Source: Thermoanaerobaculia bacterium
GTDB taxonomy: Bacteria; Acidobacteriota; Thermoanaerobaculia; Multivoradales; UBA5704
Direction of reading: 5' to 3'
Assembly: GCA_044226625.1 (NCBI GenBank)
Contig: JBGAGQ010000022.1
Location: 1 to 64,000, forward strand
DNA length: 64,000 nt
Shown: positions 56,588 to 64,000 of the stretch, piece after piece
How the letters are laid out: the number at the start of each line of letters is the position of its first letter
Numbering within the stretch: position 1 is the stretch's first letter
Program-made: the position numbers and the translations under genes
The notes under the pieces: model-generated
Seen by the model: only the letters and a program-made list of their open reading frames with translations
The model's database searches: none
Told to the model about the DNA's origin: nothing

Positions 56588-57954
56588 ACATCGAGCGCGT
56601 CTCGGTCGCGGTCCTGTCCTGGAACGGCCGCCACCACCTCGAAACCTGTCTTGCCGCGCTCGGCGTCCAGGAAGATCCGGGGGTGCCCTGGGAGATCCTG
56701 GTTCTCGACAATGGCTCGACCGACGGAACGGCGGATTGGCTCCGCTGCGAGCCGCCGCCCGGGCTCGCGAGCCTGCGGTTGGTCGAAAGCCCGGTGAACC
56801 TAGGATTTTGCGCCGGCAACAACCGCCTCGTCGCGGAGGCCGTCGGCGATGCCGTGGCCTTTCTGAATAACGACACTCGCCCCCGGCCGGACTGGATCAA
56901 GCAGCTGGTCGCGGCGCTCTCCGCCGCCCCCGACGACGTGGCGGCGGTCTCGGGCCAGATCGTCGATTGGCCGGGGGAGCGTCTCGACTTCGCGTGCGGG
57001 GCGATGACGTTCGACGGTCACGCGTTTCAGCTCGACTATCGTCGTCCGCTCGCCCGGGCGAAGGTGCCTGCCGACGGGGAGGAGCTCCTCTTCGCCTGCG
57101 GCGGAAATCTGCTGATCCGCAAGAGCTCGTTCCTGGCCGCGGGGGGATTCGACGAGGCCTACTTCGCCTATCTCGAAGACGTCGACCTCGGCTGGCGTCT
57201 CTGGTCGGGTGGGGAACGCGTGACCTTTGCGTCGAAGGCCGTCGTCCATCATCGGTCGAGCGCGACGAGCGACCTGCTCGGCCTGTTCAACCGCGGGTTC
57301 CTGTTCGAGCGGAACGCTTTCCTGACCGCCTACAAGAACTACGAGGCGGGCACTTGGGAGCGATTGATGCCGGCGATTCTGCTCGCGTTCCTCTCGCGGA
57401 CCCAGACGATGCTGGTGGACAACAACCCCGGTGGAGGAGCGTTCGCGATCGATCCGTACGCCGGCTGGATTGCCAACACCGCCCCCGGCAAGAGCGGTCC
57501 GGCGGGAGCCCCGAGCCAGCCGCCGCCCGCGCCTCGCGAGCCCTGGACGCCCGCCGGTATCGCCCGTCGTTTTCGTCGCCACGGCCTCCGGGAATCGATG
57601 CGGCGAGGGCTGCTGAAGATCGCGGGCCGGCTCGACCGAAGCTCGGCGTCCCCCGCCACCTCCGCGCAGCCCACGCCCCCTCCTCCAGCCGTGACCGACG
57701 AGCGGACGATCGCCCAATTCCGAACCGCCGCCTATCTGCTCGGCCACCTGGACGAGGCAGCGGCCAAGCGAGCGGCGATCCAGGCGCGACGGAAGCGATC
57801 CGATCGCGACATCTTCGCCCGCTTTCCGCTCTACCTCGTACCAACGTACCCCGGCGACGCCGAGCTGTTCGCGAGCGAAGGCTTCCGCAGCTGGCTTCCG
57901 GCGGACCTCCCGACCCTTCGCGCCGAGCTGTCGGACGTGATGGAAGCCGGCTAG
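56584..57954 (+). CDS. GT2 glycosyltransferase
   Basis: 'DNGSTDG', 'NLGFCAGNN', 'LNND', 'GGFDE.YFAYLEDVDLGWR'. Confidence 0.9.
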   Translation: MNIERVSVAVLSWNGRHHLETCLAALGVQEDPGVPWEILVLDNGSTDGTADWLRCEPPPGLASLRLVESPVNLGFCAGNNRLVAEAVGDAVAFLNNDTRPRPDWIKQLVAALSAAPDDVAAVSGQIVDWPGERLDFACGAMTFDGHAFQLDYRRPLARAKVPADGEELLFACGGNLLIRKSSFLAAGGFDEAYFAYLEDVDLGWRLWSGGERVTFASKAVVHHRSSATSDLLGLFNRGFLFERNAFLTAYKNYEAGTWERLMPAILLAFLSRTQTMLVDNNPGGGAFAIDPYAGWIANTAPGKSGPAGAPSQPPPAPREPWTPAGIARRFRRHGLRESMRRGLLKIAGRLDRSSASPATSAQPTPPPPAVTDERTIAQFRTAAYLLGHLDEAAAKRAAIQARRKRSDRDIFARFPLYLVPTYPGDAELFASEGFRSWLPADLPTLRAELSDVMEAG

Positions 57955-57974
57955 TTCAGCGCCCTTGGCTGAGG

Positions 57975-58124
57975 CCCCCCTCCTGGCCTCCCCCCGCAAG
58001 CGGGGGGAGGGACGCTTCGCTGAGAGGATGTGAGGACTGGAGCGAGGGTGAAGCGGAGACGCAAGGGCGTGAAGGGGACGGGCGGGCCTCCTCCCCCGCT
58101 TGCGGGGGAGGACCGAGGTGGGGG
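57975..58124. repeat. REP doublet (REPIN-like), copy 3
   Basis: CCCCCCTCCTGGCCTCCCCCCGCAAGCGGGGGGAGGGA ... CCTCCTCCCCCGCTTGCGGGGGAGGACCGAGGTGGGGG. Confidence 0.75.
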
Positions 58125-58336
58125 TCGGCACGGTTCGCCGAAAGAGTCGCCTCCTAAGAATCGGGCGCGAGACACCCATGATTTCCCCGGCTCAGGATTC
58201 ATTCTCCTGGCTCAGGAATCGCGCGGGAAGCTCCCGAAGCGCTCTCGGTGCTGAGATTTCGATTTCTCGCGTCGCGCGGAATTCTCGGGCCGGAAGGCTA
58301 GCCGAGCACCCGGCTTTCGGGAGGCCCGAAAGCGGC

Positions 58337-59311
58337 TCAGGCTACGGAGGTCCTAGGGTCTTCCTGGAAAGTGCCTCGAGTGCGACGCTCGATCGCGCGC
58401 CTTCCTTCGTCGTCGATCGCGTGCCTCAGATCTTGGGGAAGGGCGATCAGGAAATCTCGGTACAGGTCGTTCGATGGGGTGTCGCGAAACCTCCTCAGCA
58501 TCTTTCGGGAGAGGAAGATGGTTCGAGTTTCTCCTCGGTCCGGTATCGGGTACTCCGACGTTCCGGGGCTATGCCAGGCGAGCTGGATCGCCAGCGGCCC
58601 CGCTCCGCAGCGAAAGAGGAGGCCACGGAGCTCCATCGGATTCTCGACGCTCTTCGCCAGGGCGGCGGCTACCGCGTGGAAATACTCGAAGTCGAAGAGG
58701 AGCTTCCAGTGGCCATCGCTCGTGAGGTCATAGGTCGAGAAGTCGAGAAATTGCGATCGGCCGAGTAGACCTTCCAGGTCCCGAGATTTTTCCGATTCGA
58801 AGGTCAACCGCTCCCTTAGCGATTCGCGCTCCAGCTCGAGGGCGGCGACCTTGGCGTGAAGTCGAATGACGGCCGGATCGATCGGGCCCGATGTGAGCCT
58901 TCCCGCCCAGATCGACAGCTCGAGCTTGCCTCGAGAGCGTCGTGTAACGCTGAGATCGATGTAAGTGAGGCCGGCGAGATCCACCGGGTGTTTGGGCGAC
59001 CCATCCCTGCAGATGATGGCCCTCCGAGGGTCGAGCGCGCCGGCGAAAAGGCCGTACTCGATCAGTACGTTGTCTCTTGGGAGAGCGACGGAATCGCCTC
59101 GATACCAGGCACGGTCGTCAGCGGAGAAAACGAACACCGCCGCTTCGACCGTCCGGCTGATATCGATCAGCGTTTGAAAGGTCTGAGCGCCCGGCACGAA
59201 CAAGCCCGGTTTGTCCCAAGGAACCGGCTCGTGTCCCTTTTCTTCGAGCCAGACTTCGATCTCTCGAACCAATCCGAGGCTTTCTCGAGAGCTGGCGATA
59301 AAAATTTTCAT
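58337..59311 (-). CDS. TIR-domain protein (CAP12/Pycsar-type TIR) with coiled coil and unknown C-terminal domain
   Basis: 'KIFIASS', 'AAVFVFSADD', 'PRDNVLIEYGLF', 'PVDLAGLTY'. Confidence 0.85.
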   Translation of the reverse strand: MKIFIASSRESLGLVREIEVWLEEKGHEPVPWDKPGLFVPGAQTFQTLIDISRTVEAAVFVFSADDRAWYRGDSVALPRDNVLIEYGLFAGALDPRRAIICRDGSPKHPVDLAGLTYIDLSVTRRSRGKLELSIWAGRLTSGPIDPAVIRLHAKVAALELERESLRERLTFESEKSRDLEGLLGRSQFLDFSTYDLTSDGHWKLLFDFEYFHAVAAALAKSVENPMELRGLLFRCGAGPLAIQLAWHSPGTSEYPIPDRGETRTIFLSRKMLRRFRDTPSNDLYRDFLIALPQDLRHAIDDEGRRAIERRTRGTFQEDPRTSVA

Positions 59312-59663
59312 CGTAGCCTTCGCTAAGCGCCCCCTGTGCCGGATCCGTGATCTTCGAGAAAATTCTACGCTCGAAACGAGGAAACTGAACGGGAATACGC
59401 GGATGGCGGGGGCGCTTCAACCGACGCCCGTGCGGGTCGGGCCCTTCGTGCCGTCACGAGCCCTCTTTGGGAACTGCGCTCCGAAGGCTCCCAATCCGCC
59501 CGATATAGGATCCTGAGGTGCGCATCCTGGCCGGACAGAACCATGTCGTTCGCATAGAGGCCGAGTCGGGAAATTCAGATTGGTATGGATCTAGTGCCGT
59601 CTCGGCCGTGGGATCGGCGGACACTTCGGAGAGTGAATCCCCTGCGAAAGCGAAGCGGCGGGA

Positions 59664-60731
59664 ATGAGCAAATCGGACCCGTCGGCCGATGCGCATCTTT
59701 TCGAGGGGAACGCCCCGCTCGCGGCGCCTCGACGGTCCCGGTTCCGGAGAGCCCTTCCGGTTGGGAGCGCTCTCTCGCTCGCTCTGCTGATCGGGGGGAT
59801 CGCGGTCTGGGTGAACCCTCTCGGCATCTGGCGCGTCATCGTGCGGTTCCGGTTGACGCTCGCGGGCCTGGAGCATCGGACGATGGCCGGGCCGAAGGGG
59901 AAGCTGAGCTATTGGGTCGGAAGCGGGAAAGCGCCGTCCGGCGCTACCCTCGTGCTGGTTCACGGGCTGGGTAACGACGCGGGGGTCTGGGCACAATCGG
60001 TGCCAGCTCTCCTCGAGGGTCACCGTCTGATCGTGGTCGACCTTCCCGGGCATGGAGGGAGCGCGCCGGCGAGCGGGCCCCTTTCGATCGCCGACGAGGT
60101 GGCGGGTCTCGAGGCATTGCTCGGCGCGAATCTCCTGGGCTCTTCCTCGAACGTCCCCCCGATCCTGATCGGCAACTCGCTCGGCGGTTGGGTGTCATTG
60201 ATCTACGCCGAGCGCCATCCCGATCGCGTCTCGCGGCTGATCCTGGTCGACACCGGCGGGTTGCTCTACGAGCCGAAGGTTCGATTTCTGGTCCGGAACC
60301 GCGCCGAGGCGCGCGTCTTCACCGACGCGCTGCTTGGCCCGCGGATGCCTCGGCTTCCCGGGTTCGTGCTCGACGACGTGGTGGACAAGATGCAGTCGGG
60401 ACCTTCGCCGCGCATCTTCTCGACCTTTTCCCGTGGCGATTTTCTCGACGGGCGCTTGGCCCGGATCGCCACCCCCGCGGATCTGATCTGGGGCGCGGCC
60501 GACCGGCTGTTCCCACCCGAGGTCGGACGCCGCTATGCGCGGGAGCTGCCGCGGGCGCGCTTCCATCTGATCGCCGAGTGCGGTCACACGCCGCAGGCCG
60601 AGTGCCCGAAAGAGTTCGTCGCCCACGTCCTGTGGGTCTTGAAGGAGCCTCCTCCCGACCCGATCCGCGACGTCCCGGTCGAGCCCTGGCGCGATCCGGT
60701 CGCCGAGAGTGAGCCCCGGGGCGGTTCTTAG
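59664..60731 (+). CDS. alpha/beta fold hydrolase
   Basis: 'LVHGLG', 'DLPGHGGS', nucleophile 'GNSLGG', 'WGAAD', 'CGH'. Confidence 0.9.
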   Translation: MSKSDPSADAHLFEGNAPLAAPRRSRFRRALPVGSALSLALLIGGIAVWVNPLGIWRVIVRFRLTLAGLEHRTMAGPKGKLSYWVGSGKAPSGATLVLVHGLGNDAGVWAQSVPALLEGHRLIVVDLPGHGGSAPASGPLSIADEVAGLEALLGANLLGSSSNVPPILIGNSLGGWVSLIYAERHPDRVSRLILVDTGGLLYEPKVRFLVRNRAEARVFTDALLGPRMPRLPGFVLDDVVDKMQSGPSPRIFSTFSRGDFLDGRLARIATPADLIWGAADRLFPPEVGRRYARELPRARFHLIAECGHTPQAECPKEFVAHVLWVLKEPPPDPIRDVPVEPWRDPVAESEPRGGS

Positions 60732-60750
60732 CCGCCCTCGTCGGCCCGCT

Positions 60751-62082
60751 CTACAGGCGGCGCAGGCTCACGCGCAGGCCGCCCTTCGGCTCAGGCGGGA
60801 TCTTGCTCCAGTCGTACGAGAGGTCCTGGCCCGGGGTGAGCTCCCACTCGTAGCCGCGCAGCAGCTCGATCGCGAGGGCCGACATGAGGAGAGTCGTGAA
60901 ATCGAGCCCGGGGCACTTGTGGCCGGTCGCGGGGCCGGCGCCTTGGGGGGCGTAGCCGAACGGGTGCTTCCTGTCCTCGGCCCGCTCGGGCGCGAAGCGA
61001 TCGGGGTCGAACCGATTCGGTTCGGGGTAGACCGATTCGGCGAGCAGAGAGGTCCGGTGCGACCAGAGAACCATCCACCCCTCAGGGATCCGCTTACCCT
61101 CGAGCGCGAACTCCCGGCGCGCGCGGCCGAAGAAGACCGGCACGATCGGGCAGATCCGCTTCGTCTCGAGGACCACCTGGTGGAGGTAGGGGAGGCGGCG
61201 CAGCGAAGTCGCCGAGAGCGGCTCCGCGGGGGCGGCAGAGATCTCGGCCTTCAACCGCTCTCGGACGTCGGAATGACCCGCGAGCGCGAGCAGCAGGGCC
61301 GCGAGCTCGGACCAGACGATCAGTCCGGCGATCACAACATGGTGCAGCTCGACCTTGAGCTCTTCCTTGCCTATCCCTCCTCCGTCGGCGGCTCTCGCCG
61401 CAAGAATGCGCGACAGGCCGTCCTCTCGGGGCGTTTTCGAGGCGTCGTCGATCAGGCCGTCGAACCGGGCGAGGATGCGGGCCAAAGCGGTTTTCGCTTT
61501 GGTATACCCGGTCCCCGGCAAGGGGACCGGCAGCGCGGAGAACCCGGCGAGGATGACCTCGTAGTCCGCGGCGAACGCTTCGAGCAGCGGACCGCGGGGA
61601 ACGCCGAAGATGCAGAGGCAGATCGTCTCCAGCGCCAACCGCTTGAGCTCGTCGACCGCGCCGACCTCCCCGCGCTCGGCCCAGGAGGCGAGGGCCGACG
61701 CCACCTCGCGCTCGATCGTGGGCAGATAGGCGGCATAGGCCTCCGGGGTGAACGCCGCGAGAACGAAGTCTTTCCGGCGCCGATGGGCGGTCCCGTCGAG
61801 CAGCGGCAGACTGACCTTTCCCATCAACTCCGCCACGTGGGGAACCATGGCGTTCGAGCGGAGGATCCGGTCCTCGTCGTTGAACGCAGCCGTCGCCTCC
61901 GGCCCGGAGATCACCACCGTCTCGCGGCCGAGGATGCGGGTCCGGAATACCGGGCCGAACCGCTCGATCCGCTCGGCGCAGAATCCGAACCCGTCGGCGA
62001 GAAACGGCCGCGTCTCGCCGATCCAGGGCAGGCCGGAACGGCCGGGAGGCATGGGCGGAGGGGCGGCGGCGGGCGCGGTCAT
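60751..62082 (-). CDS. cytochrome P450 (atypical I-helix)
   Basis: '[13 protein letters not shown]', ExxR 'ETKR', 'FDPDRF', heme Cys '[14 protein letters not shown]'. Confidence 0.9.
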   Translation of the reverse strand: MTAPAAAPPPMPPGRSGLPWIGETRPFLADGFGFCAERIERFGPVFRTRILGRETVVISGPEATAAFNDEDRILRSNAMVPHVAELMGKVSLPLLDGTAHRRRKDFVLAAFTPEAYAAYLPTIEREVASALASWAERGEVGAVDELKRLALETICLCIFGVPRGPLLEAFAADYEVILAGFSALPVPLPGTGYTKAKTALARILARFDGLIDDASKTPREDGLSRILAARAADGGGIGKEELKVELHHVVIAGLIVWSELAALLLALAGHSDVRERLKAEISAAPAEPLSATSLRRLPYLHQVVLETKRICPIVPVFFGRARREFALEGKRIPEGWMVLWSHRTSLLAESVYPEPNRFDPDRFAPERAEDRKHPFGYAPQGAGPATGHKCPGLDFTTLLMSALAIELLRGYEWELTPGQDLSYDWSKIPPEPKGGLRVSLRRL

Positions 62083-62217
62083 GGGAGCGGACCTCCTCGG
62101 AATCTCAGGCTTCAAGGTTGGTTTCGTAGATCCTCTACGCACCGCGATGGGATTTGGACGACGGGGAAGCCTCCCGGTACCATACGGGGGCAACCTAGCG
62201 AAAGGACATCCCTTCCC

Positions 62218-63636
62218 ATGACGGATACGAGGATCGAAAAAGACAGCCTCGGCGAGATCGAGGTGCCGGCCCGGGCGTATCACGGTGCGCAGACCGAGCG
62301 GGCGTTCCGCAATTTCCCGGTCTCCGGGCTTCGCTTCCCCCGCCGGTTCATCGCGGCGCTCGGCAGCATCAAACGGGAGGCCGCGGCGGTGAACGCCGGG
62401 CTCGGCGTGGTGCCGGAAAACATCGCCGCCGCGATTCAGGCGGCGGCCCAAGAGGTGGTGGACGGCAAGCTCGACGAGCACTTTCCGCTCGACATCTTCC
62501 AGACCGGCTCGGGCACGTCGACCAACATGAACGCCAACGAGGTGATCTCGAACCGGGCGATCGAGGCGATGGGGGGCAAGGTCGGCTCGAAGGCGCCGGT
62601 CCACCCCAACGACCATGTGAACAACGGTCAGTCGAGCAACGACGTGATCCCGACCGCGATCCACGTCTCGGCTTACGCCGGGATCGCGGAGGATCTGGAG
62701 CCCGCGCTGGCGCGGCTCGCCGAAGCGCTCGAGGCCAAGGCACGGGAGTTCGACGACGTCGTGAAGATCGGCCGCACCCACCTCCAGGATGCGGTGCCGG
62801 TTCGGCTCGGCCAGGACTTCTCGGGCTATGCCCAGCAGGTGCGCTACGGGCTCGACCGGCTGGCCGCGGCGAAGCCGCGCCTCGCCGAGCTCGCGCTCGG
62901 CGGCACGGCGGTGGGCACCGGCTTGAACGCCCACCCGGATTTCGCCCGCGAGGTGATCGCGCGGCTCGCCCGGGCGACCGGCCATCCATTCGTCTCCGCG
63001 CCGAACAAGTTCGAGGCGATGGGGGGCAAGGACGCCGCGGTCGAGACCTCCGGCGCACTCAAGACGATCGCTTCCTCTCTCGCGAAGATCGCGAACGACC
63101 TGCGCTGGCTCGCTTCGGGCCCGCGTTGCGGCATCGGTGAGATCTCGCTGCCGAGCCTCCAGCCGGGCAGCTCGATCATGCCGGGCAAGGTGAATCCCGT
63201 CATTCCGGAGATGGTCCTGATGGTCGCGGCGCAGGTGATCGGCAACGACATGACGATCACCCTCGGCGGCATGGGCGGCAATTTCGAGCTGAACGTGATG
63301 ATGCCGGTGATCGCCTACAACCTGCTCCAGTCGATCGAGATCCTGGCGAACGCCTCGACGCTCCTCGCCGACAAGTGCGTCGCCGGGATCACCGCGAACC
63401 GCGAGCGCTGCGAGGAGCTGGTCGAGCGTTCGCTGGCGATGGTCACCTCGCTCGTTCCGAAGATCGGCTACGACGCGGCGGCCGAGATTGCCAAGGAATC
63501 GGTGAAGACGGGCAAGACGGTGCGCGAGCTCTGCCGGGAGAAGGGAGTGCTGCCCGAGGACGAGCTGCGCGAGGCGCTCGATCCGCGCGGCCAGACCGAA
63601 GGGGGGATCCACGCCGGAGGGGGCGCCGGGGGGTAG
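62218..63636 (+). CDS. fumC: class II fumarate hydratase
   Basis: 'RIEKDSLG', '[14 protein letters not shown]', 'GRTHLQDA', '[11 protein letters not shown]'. Confidence 0.95.
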   Translation: MTDTRIEKDSLGEIEVPARAYHGAQTERAFRNFPVSGLRFPRRFIAALGSIKREAAAVNAGLGVVPENIAAAIQAAAQEVVDGKLDEHFPLDIFQTGSGTSTNMNANEVISNRAIEAMGGKVGSKAPVHPNDHVNNGQSSNDVIPTAIHVSAYAGIAEDLEPALARLAEALEAKAREFDDVVKIGRTHLQDAVPVRLGQDFSGYAQQVRYGLDRLAAAKPRLAELALGGTAVGTGLNAHPDFAREVIARLARATGHPFVSAPNKFEAMGGKDAAVETSGALKTIASSLAKIANDLRWLASGPRCGIGEISLPSLQPGSSIMPGKVNPVIPEMVLMVAAQVIGNDMTITLGGMGGNFELNVMMPVIAYNLLQSIEILANASTLLADKCVAGITANRERCEELVERSLAMVTSLVPKIGYDAAAEIAKESVKTGKTVRELCREKGVLPEDELREALDPRGQTEGGIHAGGGAGG

Positions 63637-63748
63637 GACGACCTCTTCCCCTTTTGCCCGGATGGCACGGGCGGATTGATCGGGGCGTGATCGAGGCGTA
63701 AAGTCCCCGCGGCAGCCGGGTGGTCCGGCTGCCGAGGCCGACTTTCCC

Positions 63749-64000
63749 GTGATCGAGACGCCCGCCCCCGAGCCGCCCGCGCGTCGCATCCTGCACTGCG
63801 ACCTCGACTGCTTCTACGCCGCGGTCCACATGCGCGACGATCCGTCGTTGCGCGGCAAACCGGTGATCGTCGGCGGCCGGCCCGAATCGCGCGGGGTGGT
63901 CGCCGCGGCGTCGTACGAGGTGCGGGCCTTCGGGGTCCATTCCGCGATGCCTTCGTCGCGCGCCGTACGACTCTGTCCGCAGGCGATTTTCCTCCCTCCG
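63749..64000 (+). CDS. dinB: DNA polymerase IV, 5' part (runs off the window; not in the ORF track)
   Basis: '[50 protein letters not shown]'. Confidence 0.9.
   Translation, partial: MIETPAPEPPARRILHCDLDCFYAAVHMRDDPSLRGKPVIVGGRPESRGVVAAASYEVRAFGVHSAMPSSRAVRLCPQAIFLPP

Noticed and set aside
58181-58220. Two 20-bp-spaced GGCTCAGGA(T/A)TC copies downstream of the TIR gene
   Set aside because: Only two degenerate copies; could be chance or a decayed repeat. No integron attC structure could be supported.
60709-63789. 975-aa fumarase and 1012-aa P450 'fusion' ORFs
   Set aside because: The extensions are antisense read-through of the neighbouring divergent gene; real starts are at 62218 (+) and 62082 (-). 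The same applies to the over-long 41948-45016, 12024-13862 and 45764-47401 ORFs.

Overview
A very GC-rich bacterial chromosomal window. Gene style (modular secreted proteins, 'KLHRETL' precursor peptide, TPR-Ser/Thr kinases, YfhO/sulfatase glycosylation genes) suggests Acidobacteriota such as Thermoanaerobaculia, but this is inference only. Core-type genes: acyl-CoA dehydrogenase, quinone oxidoreductase, mscL, tyrA, two POT transporters, two kup, fumC, the 5' part of dinB and a 12-kb surface-glycosylation cluster. Accessory and unusual elements: (1) two toxin-antitoxin-like pairs at the left edge; (2) a PGM1-like ATP-grasp ligase paired with a class I amidotransferase; (3) two large secreted proteins sharing a colinear 412-aa tail that ends in PVxLxGFTIE; (4) a 20-bp palindromic tandem array; (5) a membrane-bound CheA-like (class III) kinase with CheY and CheX beside pilin-like genes; (6) an orphan lanthipeptide-like precursor; (7) a broken toxin/DUF2283 cassette; (8) a promoter- and operator-led operon of beta-propeller, 6-Cys secreted peptide and carboxypeptidase-regulatory-like giant protein, my best candidate for an undescribed system; (9) tandem TPR-kinases; (10) a POT transporter missing its ExxER motif; (11) REP doublets; (12) a stand-alone CAP12-type TIR protein; (13) an atypical P450. 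No rRNA, tRNA, CRISPR array or transposase was recognised. All family assignments come from motif recognition by eye, not database searches.
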